DNA from: Glycera tridactyla
Lineage: Eukaryota
Direction: 5' to 3'
DNA length: 64,000 nucleotides
NCBI GenBank assembly: GCA_965644265.1
Contig: OZ286469.1
Span: forward strand, 102,486,001-102,550,000
A program made the translations under genes and the position numbers. Positions within the stretch are counted from its first letter, which is position 1; the number at the start of each line of letters is the position of its first letter. Positions 10,101-23,570 of this stretch are shown one piece after another. The notes beneath the pieces are model-generated. The model saw only the letters and a list, made by a program, of their open reading frames with translations, was not told where the DNA came from and did not search any database.

Positions 10101-13100
10101 CAATAAATGATAATAATAATGGACATTTATATAGCGCCTTTTCCTCAGTGAGCTCAAGGGCGCTCTACATGGATATGTACCTGAAAAGCAAGGCATGTGA
10201 TCAAGTTGGTGGGAAAGCAATATTGGAAAAATGTGTTTTGAATCTGGTCTTGAAGTGTTGAAGGTAGGTGAAAGTTTGATGTCCAATGGCAGAGAGTTGT
10301 ACAAGGATGGATCAGCATGGGCAAAAGCTAGATTCCCTAGTTTTTGACAGCCTGTTTTGGGGATGCATAAAAGGTGTTTGTCAGAGGAGCGGAGAGAGCG
10401 TGACAGGGTGTAGGGAAGAAGCGGTTGTGACAGGTAGTTAGGAGCCATGCCATGGAGAGCCTTGTAGGTCACGGATAGGATTTCAAAAGTGATTCGATGT
10501 TCAATGGGGAGCCAGTGAAGCTTCTTCACGACAGGAGTGATGTGTTGGTGGAGACTGGAGGATGCTGTTAATCGAGCTACACAGTTCATGACATGCTGTA
10601 GTTTACTGATGTGGCTCTTCGGTAGACCGTGAAGAGCACTGTTACAGTAATCAAGTTTGGAGGAGATTAATGAGTAGATGAGGATTTTTGTTGCATCTGC
10701 TGTCAAATATTTGTGGATGTGACTGATTTTGTAGAGCTGAAAAAATGCAGATTTACAAATGGCAGAGACATGTGGGGTAAGGGTTAGGTGACCATCAAAG
10801 ATAACGCCCAGATTTTTGGCAGAGCTGCCGGAGCTGATGATGTCCTCCCCGATTTTAATATTTTGGGTGGATGGGAAATTCATGTTGCCATGGTTGGAGA
10901 GGAGAAGAAACTCAGTCCTGGAGTCATTAAGTTTCAGCTTATTCCTGAGCATCCAAGACTTTATTTGAGCAATACAGCGCTCGAGAGTGTCTATGGCAGT
11001 GGACTTTGCAATGGAGTCATGGGTATCAAAAGTCAGATAGAGCTGCGTATCATCAGCATAGAGATGGAAGTTGAGATTGTATTTACAAATGATGTCTCCC
11101 AGGGAAAGTGTATAGATGGTGAAAAGGATAGGTCCAAGGACAGAGCCTTGGGGACACCACAGGTCAGTCTCTCGCTGGGTGATCTAGAGCCAGAGATAGA
11201 TACATATTGGGATCTAGATTGGAGGTGGGAGTGGAACCACTTAAGGACGGAGCCATCGATGCCAATCCTATTTGCTAGTCTGTCTAGTAGGATGGTGTGA
11301 TCGACAGACTTGAATGCAGCAGACAGATCTAGTAGAACAAGGCAAATTGACTTTCAGGCATCTAAGGCCATGAGGATATCAATATGACGTATACAATGGC
11401 AGTTTCGGGTGCTTGTGATATGCGGATTGGTGGGTTTCAGAGAGAGAGTTGTTGGACAGATGAGAGTTTAATTGAGAGGCAACAACTCTTTCTGACAGCC
11501 TAGATATATAGGGAAGATTAGAGATAGGGCGGTAGTCATCGAGTCGTCAGGGTCTAGATGAGCTTTCTTGAGTATGGGGCTAAGCATGGCTTCAGTTAAT
11601 TGGTTTGGCATGGTGCCTTCATCTAGTGACGCATTGATCAATCATGTGAGTATATGACAGAGGTGTGGGTAGGACATTCTGAAAAGACTGACAGGAATGG
11701 GGTCAAGGGAGCAAGACTTCATGGGTGAAGATGAGATCAGTTTTGATATTTCAGAGCTCGTGACAGGTGTGAAGGAGGAAAACTTGATATGAGACATTGG
11801 CTCAGGAGAGGAGTCAGGATGATGATGCACCGAATTTTCAACTTGTGTGAGATATTCATGGATTTTGACTATTTTGTTGGTGAAGAAATTAGCAAAGTCT
11901 TCAGCCAGGACAGTTGTGGGAGGGGAGAGGCATGGCAGATGTGCGCTGAAGAAGCTTGTTTGCAAGTCTGAAGAGTGCACTTTAGTCACTGGCACACTCA
12001 TGGACCAGGTCATTGAAGTGTTCAGTCTTGGTTGAAATTAAGCATTCGTTATATGTGTGGGATTTAGTTTTGTGAATTTCAGCATCAATTGTGAGACCAG
12101 TGGATTTGGCTTCGCGTTCAGATCTTTTGAGATCCCGTTTCATGGCCCCTAGTTCACTGCTATACCATCCAGACTCAGGTCTGTCAATGATGGTCTTTTC
12201 TTTTATTGGAGCATGTTTGTTCATTATCAACGATAACAAGGTTAGATTTAATGATGTCGTTATCAAAAGCAGCCACATCAATCTTTGAGAAGCTCCTATA
12301 CTTGATCTTGTTCGTGGTAGGGGAGGGTTTGCTTATTGCTAGTTTAAGCATGATGGCTTTGTGGTCCGAGATGTGGGGGTCAGTGATATTTACTTCAGAT
12401 ATGATGGGATCATCACTGTTGGTGATGACCAAGTCCATAGTGTGGCCAGAGGCTTGAGTAGCTCCATGCACATGTTGCATGAGATTGCTTGAGTTTAGAA
12501 GAGACTGAAAGTTGTTTGCAGGTGAGCTATTTGAATCATCCAGGTGGAAATTGAAGTCCCCTGTGATGATGAGATTGCAAGGAGAGATGATCAGACCTTC
12601 AAGAAATGTCTGGAAGTCTGAGAGGAACATGTCTGGTGTGATTTTTTTCTTGGTAGAATATGGCGGACGATAGATAGTGACAAGACAAAGATTGGCCTTA
12701 CTTGTGGTGATAAGGAGATCTAAGTGTTCAAAGGAAGAGAAAGGTGTGTGGGGATTTACCTTGATACTGAGAGAGGATTTGAAAACAACCCCTACTCCCC
12801 TCCCCTCCTGCCACATCTCGGGCGGTGTTGGAAGGAGAAACCATGCCCAGTGATGTCATTTATTTGGTGAGAGGACCCTTCACCAGGTTGTAGCCAGGTT
12901 TTGGTCAGGGCAGCACAATCCAGGTCTTCGGTGGTGATGAAGTCCCTGATCAGGGTGGCCTTTTTATCACTGCCAACAGAGCGCACATTGAGAAGGCATA
13001 ATTTGAGGAGCTTGACTGTGGCAGGTGATGCATGATGTACCTTCAATAAGTTTGTGCATGGTCGATGGGGACGATGGATTTGAGGAATTGACACTTGTGA

Positions 13101-13135
13101 GGTGAGTATGGGGATGTGGTGAGGATTCAAAGAGG
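10101..13135 (-). mobile_element. Decayed L2/CR1-group LINE, ORF2 only (APE + RT) with frameshifts
   Basis: APE fragments LLNVRS, GVGVV, ITGDFN, HTMDLVIT, ISDH. RT fragments [18 protein letters not shown] and YADDTQL region at ~11000-11170, [32 protein letters not shown]. Typical L2 3' end on the minus strand: AGCGCC...GGCGCT stem, then ATATAAATG and a (TAT)n-like tail. Confidence 0.9.
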
Positions 13136-13626
13136 GTATGACTACCATACTCTGACTACCATACCATCTCCATTGCATTACATCATGCTTATATAAAGCC
13201 GTATCTGTGGGTGATACGCGATGAAATGGATTTAGTTTTTCATTCATCCAGTCATGGATTTATCTATACACTGATTCATTTGAGTGATCAATTATCTATA
13301 TTTACAATTATTCATTAATTCATTTTCTTGATCTTTCAAGCCATCTGTCTATTTGTGCATATATTCACCCATTCATTTTGTATTGATCTATTTGACTAAT
13401 TGATTGTTCAGAAGGATTATTCTACCACACACTCAGTTGGTTGTGATCCATGTCTCATCGTGTGTATCCATCTGAATGCTGACTTCTCAACCGAACTTAA
13501 TGATGGGTGCGGTCGTGATTAGTTGGATCACCCATATGTGCTCCCCTCATGGCACACCCTCAGGGCAAACCCTCAGGGCAAACCCTCACAAAACTATACA
13601 TGTGTAGGTACTTCCTTATAATCTAT

Positions 13627-14490
13627 CATAGACACATGTGAGGTACTATGTTTTACTCTGTCGTAGACGCATGTGAGGTACTATCTTTTACTCTGTCGTA
13701 GACACATGTCAGGTACTATCTTTTACCCTGTCGTAAACACATGTGAGGTACTATGTTTTACCCTGTCATAGACACATGTGAGGTACTATGTTTTACCCTG
13801 TCGTAGACACATGTGAGGTACTATGTTTTACACTGTCGTGGACACATGTGAGGTACTATGTTTTACCCTGTCGTAGACACATGTGAGGTACTATCTTTCA
13901 CCTTGTCGTAGACACATGTAAGGTACTATGTTTTACTCTGTCATAGACACATGTGAGGTACTATGTTTTACTCTGTCGTAGACACATGTGAGGTACTATG
14001 TTTTGCTCTGTCGTTGACACATGTGAGGTACTATCTTTCACTCTGTCGTAGACACATGTGAGGTACTATGTTTTACCCTGTCATAGACACATGTGAGGTA
14101 CTGTTTTTTACCCTGTCGTAGACACATTGAGGTACTATGTTTTACTCTGTCATAGACACATGTGAGGTACTATCTTTTAACCTGTCGTAGACAGATGTGA
14201 GGAACTATTTTTACCATGTCGTAAACTTATGGCAACCCCGTACGAAGCTACCCACATGGAAGTACTATCTTTTACCCTGCGTATGTACAGCCCTACTGGC
14301 AACCCCTTACGAAGCTTAACAGGTGGAGGTACTATCTTCTACCCTGTCGTAGACACATGTGAGGTACTATCTTTCACCCTGTCGTAGACATATGTGAGGT
14401 ACTATCTTTTACCCTGTCGTGCACTTATGTGAGGCACTATCATTTACCCTGTCGTAGACCCTGACAGAGCTATCCACATGGAAGTACTAT
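13627..14490. repeat. 35-bp minisatellite, ~20-24 copies
   Basis: Unit gtagacacatgtgaggtactatgttttaccctgtc. Confidence 0.95.
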
Positions 14491-14789
14491 CTTTGATCCT
14501 GTCCTCTGATCTATCATAATCGCTCTCGCGCCCACTTGATGATGTATCATGTGAGCGTCTCTCGAGTACACCTGCTGATCTGACAGTAGATAACATACTC
14601 CACCCTGGCATATGATTGGTTAACCCTTGGTCTCCCCACGATCTACCTGAGATGACCCAGCATAACATGGGCACACTCTACCCGGCATATGAGGGGTTAA
14701 CCCTTGGTCTCCCCATGATCTACTTAGGATGGATTAGCATAACATGTGCACACAATCATCCCCCTTTCGCACCAACATGATTGTAGACA

Positions 14790-17700
14790 GAAAGAACCTG
14801 GATAATTCCAGGTACATGCAACCTGGTGATAGTGCTTGGAAGGATGGTCCTCCTTATAGAATCTCCTCCGACCCTACCAGCTGCTAGCCAGAGAGAATCT
14901 GGATAATTCCAGGTACATGCAACCTGGTGATAGCTCTTGGTAGGATGGTCCTCCTCATAGAGTCTCCTCCCATCTCACCAGCTGGTAGCCAGAGAGAACC
15001 TGGATCATTCCAGGTACATGCAACCTGATGATAGCGCTTGGTAGAATGGTCCTCCTTATGGAGTCCCCTCCCATCTCACCAGCTGGTAGCCAGAGAGGAC
15101 CTGGATTATTCCAGGTACATGCAACCTGATGATAGCGCTTGGTAGGATGGTCCCCCTTATAGAATCTCCTCCCACCTCAACTCACCAGCTGGTAGCCAGA
15201 GAGAACCTGGATAATTCCAGGTACATGCAACCTGGTGATAGCGCTTGGTAGAATGGTCCTCCTCATAGAGTCTCCTCCCATCTCACCAGCTGGTAGCCAG
15301 AGAGAACCTGGATCATTCCAGGTACATGCAACCTGATGATAGCGCTTGGTAGAATGGTCCTCCTCATAGAGTCTCCTCCCATCTCACCAGCTGATAGCCA
15401 GAGAGAACCTGGATAATTCCAGGTACATGCAACCTGATGATAGCGCTTGGTAGAATGGTCCTCCTCATAGAGTCTCCTCCCATCTCACCAGCTGGTAGCC
15501 AGAGAGAACCTGGATAATACCAGGTACATGCAACCTGGTGATAGCGCTTGGTAGAATGGTCCTCCTTATGGAGTCCCCTCCCATCTCACCAGCTGGTAGC
15601 CAGAGAGGACCTGGATAATTCCAGGTACATGCAACCTGGTGATAGCGCTTGGTAGAATGGTCCTCCTCATAGAGTCCCCTCCCATCTCACCAGCTGGTAG
15701 CCAGAGAGAACCTGGATAATTCCAGGTATATGCAACCTGATGATAGCGCTTGGTAGGATGGTCCTCCTTATAGAACCTCCTCCCATCTCACCAGCTGGTA
15801 GCCAAAGAGGACCTGGATAATTCCAGGTACATGCAACCTGGTGATAGCGCTTGGTAGGATGGTCCTCCTTATAGAGTACCCTCTCATCTCACCAGCTGGT
15901 AGCCAGAGAGAACCTGGATCATTCCAGGTACATGCAACCTGGTGATAGCTCTTGGTAGGATGGTCCTCCTTATAGAATCTCCTCCCACCTCAACACACCA
16001 GCTGGTAGCCAGAGAGGACCTGGATTATTCCAGGTACATGCAACCTGGTGATAGCGCTTGGTAGATTGGTCCTCCTTATGGAGTCCCCTCCCATCTCACC
16101 AGCTGGTAGCCAGAGAGAACCTGGATAATTCCAGGTACATGCAACCTGGTGATAGCTCTTGGTAGGATGGTCCTCCTCATAGAGTCTCCTCCCATCTCAC
16201 CAGCTGGTAGCCAGAGAGAACCTGGATCATTCCAGGTACATGCAACCTGATGATAGCGCTTGGTAGAATGGTCCTCCTTATGGAGTCCCCTCCCATCTCA
16301 CCAGCTGGTAGCCAGAGAGGACCTGGATTATTCCAGGTACATGCAACCTGGTGATAGCGCTTGGTAGAATGGTCCTCCTTATGGAGTCCCCTCCCATCTC
16401 ACCAGCTGGTAGCCAGAGAGGACCTGGATAATTCCAGGTACATGCAACCTGGTGATAACGCTTGGTAGGATGGTCCTCCTTATAGAATCTTCTCCCACCT
16501 CAACTCACCAGCTGGTAGCCAGAGAGAACCTGGATAATTCCAGGTACATGCAACCTGGTGATAGCGCTTGGTAGAGTGGTCCTCCTCATAGAGTCTCCTC
16601 CCATCTCACCAGCTGGTAGCCAGAGAGAACCTGGATAATTCCAGGTACATGCAACCTGGTGATAGCGCTTGGTAGAATGGTCCTCCTTATAGAGTCCCCT
16701 CCCATCTCACCAGCTGGTAGCCAGAGAGGACCTGGATAATTCCAGGTACATGCAACCTGGTGATAGCTCTTGGTAGGATGGTCCTCCTTATAGAGTCCCC
16801 TCCCATCTCACCAGCTGGTAGCCAGAGAGAACCTGGATAATTCCAGGTACATGCAACCTGGTGATAGCGCTTGGTAGAATGGTCCTCCTCATAGAGTCCC
16901 CTCCCACCTCACCAGCCGGTAGCTAGAGAGAACCTGGATAATTCCAGGTACATGCAACCTGGTGATAGCGCTTGGTAGGATGGTCCTCCTCATAGAGTCT
17001 CCTCCCATCTCACCAGCTGGTAGCCAGAGAGAACCTGGATAATTCCAGGTACATGCAACCTGGTGATAGCGCTTGGTAGAATGGTCCTCCTTATAGAGTC
17101 TCCTCCCATCCTACCAGCTGTTAGCCACAGAGAACCTGGATAATTCCAGGTACATGCAACCTGGTGATAGTGCTTGGTAGGATGGTCCTCCTTATAGAGT
17201 CCCCTCCCATCTCACCAGTTGGTAGCCAGAGAGAACCTGGATAATTCCAGATGCATGCAACCTGTCGATAGCGCTTGGTAGGATGGTCCTCCTTGTAGAA
17301 TCTCCTCCCACCTTACCAGTTGGTAGCCAGAGAGAACCTGGATAATTCCAGGTACATGCAACCTGGTGATAGCGCTTGGTAGGATGGTCCTCCTTATAGA
17401 ATCTCCTCCCACCTTACCAGTTGGTAGCCAGAGAGAACATGGATAATTCCAGGTACATGCAACCTGGTGATAGCGCTTGGTAGAATGGTCCTCCTTATAG
17501 AGTCTCCTCCCATCTCACCAGCTGGTAGCCAGAGAGAACCTGGATAATTTCAGGTACATGCAACCTGGTGATAGCGCTTGGTAGGATGGTCCTCCTTATA
17601 GAGTCCCCTCCCATCTCACCAGTTGGTAGCCAGAGAGAACCTGGATAATTCCAGGTACATGCAACCTGGTGATAGCGCTTGGTAGGATGGTCCTCCTTAT

Positions 17701-17820
17701 AGAGTCCCCTCCCATCTCACCAGCTGGTAGCCAGAGAGAACCTGGATAATTCCAGGTATATGCATCCTGGTGATAGCGCTTAGTGGAGTCCCCTCCCACC
17801 TCGCCAGCTGGTAGCCATGG
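14790..17820. repeat. 101-bp satellite, ~30 copies
   Basis: agagaacctgg recurs at 15301, 15402 and 15503. The unit contains ACCTGGA-TAAT-TCCAGGT and ACCAGCTGGT palindromes. Confidence 0.95.
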
Positions 17821-17899
17821 TATCTGATCTCACGACCTCGCGATTACTTAAAGGTCACATTCCATGATGTAATATATCAGAGCTGGGCACACAACACAA

Positions 17900-18300
17900 G
17901 ACTCGGAAACAAACAAGTAATGGGAAAGGAGAGAGACAACGACAGAGAGGCACAGAAAGGCAGACGATCAGATGGATAGACAGACACTATCCAACAGGCA
18001 GACGGACAGGCGAGTGGGCAGGCGAATACCAGAAAGAACAGACAGGCAGGCAGATAACCAGACAGACGGACAGACAAAGAGACTGAGGGACAGACAGACA
18101 GATGGACAGAAAGACAGGTAGGCAGGCGGATACAGGCACACAGGCACACAGGCTGGCAGGCTGACACACAGACAGACAAACAGACAGACACAGGCAGGCA
18201 GGATGACCCACAGGAAGTCTGACGGACACAGACATACTGACGGACATACACAAGCACACCGGTGCACAAACTCACATCACACAAAAGATGATCGAGTGTG

Positions 18301-18342
<42 letters not shown>

Positions 18343-18418
18343 TGGGTTAAGTGGAGAGAGAAAGAGAGAGAGAAAGAGAGGAGAGAGGGGAGAGCAGCCG
18401 AAAAGAAAGACAGATGGA
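17900..18418. repeat. Degenerate (GACA)n, (GT)n and (GA)n microsatellites before an assembly gap
   Basis: Seen directly in the sequence. Confidence 0.85.
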
Positions 18419-18558
18419 NNNNNNNNNNNNNNNNNNNNNNNNNNNNNNNNNNNNNNNNNNNNNNNNNNNNNNNNNNNNNNNNNNNNNNNNNNNNNNNNNN
18501 NNNNNNNNNNNNNNNNNNNNNNNNNNNNNNNNNNNNNNNNNNNNNNNNNNNNNNNNNN
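18419..18558. other. Assembly gap (N run)
   Basis: Ns. Confidence 1.
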
Positions 18559-18949
18559 GGTATACGGACAGAATAACACAGAAAACCTGCAGTGCTCCCA
18601 AATTCCCTGTCGAATATCCCAGTCTCATTTTATGAGGTGTAGAACAATCTATATACTTAACTTTGAAATTGCCTCATATAAAAGAAACAAAGTCAGTGAT
18701 GGAGTGACTCCATCAATGTAGCAATAAATCCACTCACTAAACAAATACTTCTCAATCCCAACAGGCATTTCTTCACAGATAACAAACTGATGCATGTGTG
18801 CTGAGGATCAACACTGAGTTATTTTCTCACATTATCTTCGTCACCACCACAACTAACAGCAATAACAACACCACCACAAGCATTGATAACACCACCATCA
18901 CCGCCGCTATCCGCCACCGCCACCACCACCACCACCAACAGTATACAGA

Positions 18950-19700
18950 GTAGATACTTAGATAGTTAGGTAAATAGGCGGATAGGTACGTAGGTGGGAA
19001 AGGTGGAGAGATGGATGGTAGGTAATTTGGTAGGATGGTAGGTGAGTAGGTAGATCGGTAGGTACGTAGATCGGTAGGTAGGTAGGTAGGTAGGTAGGTA
19101 GGTGGGTAGGAGGGTAGGTGAGGGAGTTAGCTGCGTGAGTGGGCGGGTGGGTAGGTAGTAGGTAGAAAGGTAGGTGAGTAGGTAGCCCGGTATGTAGGTG
19201 AGTTGGTTTGTAGGTATGTGGGTCAGTAGGTATTTCGGTAGATAGGTAGGTATGTAGGTAGGTAGGTATAGATGTAGGTGGGTGGATAGGTAGGTAGGTG
19301 GGTGAGTAGGTGAGTAGGTAGGTGAGTGGCTGAGTAGGAAGGTAGGTAGGTGGGTAGGTAGGTGGGTGGGTAGGTAGTAGGTAGGTAGATAGTAGGTAGG
19401 TGGGTAGGTAGGTAGGTAGTAGGTAGGTGGGTAGGTAGGTCGATAGGTTGGTAGGTAGGTAGAAGGGTGGGTGGGTAGGTAGTAGGTGGGTAAGTAGGTA
19501 GGTGGGTGAGTAAGTGGGTGGTTGGGCAGGCAGGCCGGCTGGTCGGTCGGTAGGTAAGTAGGTACATACGTAGGTGGGTGGGTTGCTGGTTGGTTGGGTA
19601 GGTGGGTAGGTGTGTAGCTGGGTGGGTAGGTAGGTAGGTAGGTGGGTAGGTAGGTAGGTAGGTGGGTGAGTGGTCGAGCAGGTATGGTATGGTAGGGTAG
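18950..19700. repeat. Degenerate (GGTA)n microsatellite
   Basis: Seen directly in the sequence. Confidence 0.9.
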
Positions 19701-20132
19701 GGTATTATTGATTCACCCAGCATTCCACCCAAGACATGAGGAGGTCGACATGTGTCAACCAACACAAGCTCTGTATTTTGCTTCAGATATCTCGTTGCGG
19801 ATTGTCCATGATATACGCTGACACAATGGTGAGAGGCCAGAGAGATTGAGAGAATGGCAAGAGCGAATGGCATTGTGGGAATCTAATATTCACTATCGGA
19901 AGACGAAGGCTGCACGTGCAAACTGATAGCTCAACCTGTGTTTACTCGGTATTGTTGGCCCACCGTATTGGCAAAACCTAAATGCTATGAATATCATAAA
20001 ATTCCTGGCTACTGTGAGGATGTTAATTTGCATATCGATGTTGTGAGACACATCTTTCATATCCGTACTTTGGTAAGACTCTGGATTATTGCCCATTCCA
20101 CAGAGACGGAAGACCAGAGAGAAGATGAGGAC

Positions 20133-21227
20133 ATGAATGATAGTGACCAGGTCACCATTTGCTGTACAATGAATACTAAAGAAGCCAATGTTTCCAGCAC
20201 AGAGCTGCCTCCTTGGGCGGCCATCTTAGACTGGTCACAATTAGCACTAACAATGCTTGGATTAGTGGCAAACATCATCAACTACCTCGTCTTACTACGT
20301 AGCACCAAGGATTTTGCACCGACCATATTGTGTTTATTAGAGCAACAGTCGCTGATAGATGGCGCTGTATGTCTGTGTAGTGCACTGCTCCTTGTTTTAC
20401 CGGCCATGTGGACGGTGGGAATTCACGCTGTCGACGTAATTATTTGTCATCTGTGGCACGGACAAGTCATTTTTTGGTGGACTGTAAACGTCTCCGAATC
20501 CACCCTGGTTCTCATCGCTATTGACCGTCACTGGGCGGTTTGTTTTCCTCTCACTCACCACTGCTTCAGCAAGCGCCGTGCATGTTACTGCCTGGCATTG
20601 AGTTACTTTATTTGTTTCATCAACTCTACTCCTCTTGCAGGACAAATCCAACTCCGGGATGAACAGTGTATCTATGAGAAAGCACTTGTAGGGCCGTCAG
20701 CCGATACGTTCTTTCTTGTCTACTGTATCTATATCTACATCATGATGTACCCGTTACCAATCGGGGCCTTGATGATTCTCTACGGCAGGGTCTTGTTTAC
20801 GTTCCGACAGCGTCGTCGACGCCAGATTTCGCTGGGATCTGTCGGATCGTCGCGCGTCATCAGAAGTGCCGCTGACCAACTCACTAAGACTGCCATCGTC
20901 GTTACAGTCATCTTATTTGTAACGATGAGTTACGAACTCAACCACTACATGCTGTCTGTTTTTGGTATTGGTACATATGAAATGAACACACCAGATCAGA
21001 AGATTGGCGTGTTGTTGTCCACTCTGAATAGTTGTGCCAACCCTTTTGTTTACGCTTGTTTGCTACCTGTGTACAGACGCAATATACGACAGACCTTCTC
21101 AGCATGCGGCTGCTGTAGAACTCTGAATACAGAGCGTTCTGAATCAGTCATGTTGGAGGACAGCATTGTAACATGCAACACACCTTCTCAGTATGCTGCT
21201 GCTGCTGCTGCTGCTGTAGAACTCTGA
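20133..21227 (+). CDS. Intronless rhodopsin-family (class A) GPCR, ligand unknown
   Basis: Seven hydrophobic segments, GLVANIINY (TM1), IAIDRHWAVCFP (DRY-like), NSCANPFVY (NPxxY), N-terminal NDS and NVS sequons. ATG 20133 is chosen as the likely start; the frame is open from 19938. Confidence 0.9.
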   Translation: MNDSDQVTICCTMNTKEANVSSTELPPWAAILDWSQLALTMLGLVANIINYLVLLRSTKDFAPTILCLLEQQSLIDGAVCLCSALLLVLPAMWTVGIHAVDVIICHLWHGQVIFWWTVNVSESTLVLIAIDRHWAVCFPLTHHCFSKRRACYCLALSYFICFINSTPLAGQIQLRDEQCIYEKALVGPSADTFFLVYCIYIYIMMYPLPIGALMILYGRVLFTFRQRRRRQISLGSVGSSRVIRSAADQLTKTAIVVTVILFVTMSYELNHYMLSVFGIGTYEMNTPDQKIGVLLSTLNSCANPFVYACLLPVYRRNIRQTFSACGCCRTLNTERSESVMLEDSIVTCNTPSQYAAAAAAAVEL

Positions 21228-23539
21228 ATACAGAGCGCCCTGAATCAGTCATGTTGGAGGACAGCATTGTAACATACGACACACCTTCTCAGCATGCTGC
21301 TGCTGCTGCTGTAGAACTCTGAATACAGAGCGCCCTGAAGCAGTCATGTTGGAGGACAGCATTGTAACATACAGCACACCTTCTCAGCATGCTGCTGCTG
21401 TAGAACTCTGAATACAGAGCGCCCTGAAGCAGTCATGTTGGAGGACAGCATTGTAACATACAGCACACCTTCTCAGCATGCTGCTGCTGTAGAACTCTGA
21501 ATACAGAGCGCCCTGAATCAGTCATGTTGGAGGACAGCATTGTAACATACAGCACACCTTCTCAACATGCTGCTGCTGTAGAACTCTGAATACAGAGCGT
21601 CCTGAATCAGTCATGTTGGAGGACAGCATTGTAACATACAGCACACCTTCTCAGCATGCTGCTGCTGTAGAACTCTGAATACAGAGCGCCCTGAATCAGT
21701 CATGTTGGAGGACAGCATTGTAACATGCGACACACCTTCTCAGCATGCGGCTGCTGTGGAACTCTGAATACAGAGCGCCCTGAATCAGTCATGTTGGAGG
21801 ACAGCATTGTAACATACGACACACCTTCTCGGCATGCTGCTGCTGCTGTAGAACTCTGGATACAGAGCGTCCTGAATCAGTCATGTTGGAGGACAGCATT
21901 GTAACATGCGACACACCTTCTCAGTATGCTGCTGCTGCTGCTGCTGCTGCTGTAGAACTCTGAATACAGAGCGCCCTGAATCAGTCATGTTGGAGGACAG
22001 CATTGTAACATACGACACACCTTCTCAGCATGCTGCTGCTGCTGCTGCTGTAGAACTCTGAATACAGAGCGCCTTGAATCAGTCATGTTGGAGGACAGCA
22101 TTGTAACATACGACAGACCTTCTCAGCATGCTGCTGCTGCTGCTGTAGAACTCTGAATACAGAGCGTCCTGAATCAGTCATGTTGGAGGACAGCATTGTA
22201 ACATACAACACACCTTCTCAGCATGCTGCTGCTGCTGCTGCTGTAGAACTCTGAATACAGAGCGCCCTGAATCAGTCATGTTGGAGGACAGCATTGTAAC
22301 ATACGACACACCTTCTCAGCATGCTGCTGCTGCTGCTGTAGAACTCTGAATACAGAGCGCCCTGAATCAGTCATGTTGGAGGACAGCATTGTAACATACA
22401 ACACACCTTCTCAGCATGCTGCTGCTGCTGCTGTAGAACTCTGAATACAGAGCGCCCTGAATCAGTCATGTTGGAGGACAGCATTGTAACATACGACACA
22501 CCTTCTCAGCATGCTGCTGCTGCTGCTGTAGAACTCTGAATACAGAGCGCCCTGAATCAGTCATGTTGGAGGACAGCATTGTAACATACAGCACACCTTC
22601 TCAGCATGCTGCTGCTGTAGAACTCTGAATACAGAGCGCCCTGAATCAGTCATGTTGGAGGACAGCATTGTAACATACGACAGACCTTCTCAGTATGCTG
22701 CTGCTGTAGAACTCTGAATACAGAGCGTCCTGAATCAGTCATGTTGGAGGACAGCATTGTGAAATACAGCACACCTTCTCAGTATGCTGCTGCTGTAAAA
22801 CTCTGAATACAGAGCGCCCTGAATCAGTTATGTTGGAGGACAGCATTGTAACATACGACAGACCTTCTCAGCATGCTGCTGCTGCTGCTGCTGTAGAACT
22901 CGGAATACAGAGCGCCCTGAATCAGTCATGTTGGAGGACAGCATTGTAACATACAGCACACCTTCTCAACATGCTGCTGCTGTAGAACTCTGAATACAGA
23001 GCGCCCTGAATCAGTCATGTTGGAGGACAGCATTGTAACATACGACACACCTTCTCAGTATGCTGCTGCTGCTGCTGCTGCTGTAGAACTCTGAATACAG
23101 AGCGCCCTGAATCAGTCATGTTGGAGGACAGCATTGTAACATACAACACAACTTCTCAGCATGCTGCTGCTGCTGCTGTAGAACTCTGAATACAGAGCGC
23201 CCTGAATCAGTCATGTTGGAGGACAGCATTGTAACATACGACACACCTTCTCAGCATGCTGCTGCTGCTGCTGTAGAACTCTGAATACAGCGCGCCCTGA
23301 ATCAGTCATGTTGGAGGACAGCATTGTAACATACAGCACACCTTCTCAGCATGCTGCTGCTGTAGAACTCTGAATACAGAGCGCCCTGAATCAGTCATGT
23401 TGGAGGACAGCATTGTAACATATGACACACCTTCTCAGTATGCTGCTGCTGCTGCTGCTGCTGTAGAACTCTGAATACAGAGCGTCCTGAATCAGTCATG
23501 TTGGAGGACAGCATTGTAACATACGACAGACCTTCTCAG

Positions 23540-23570
<31 letters not shown>

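Noticed and set aside
17877-19873. Several 90-216-aa ORFs
   Set aside because: Translations of microsatellites or across the N gap.
19938-20132. N-terminal extension of the GPCR in the ORF track
   Set aside because: Starts at a non-ATG codon; ATG 20133 followed by N-glycosylation sequons is a more typical start.
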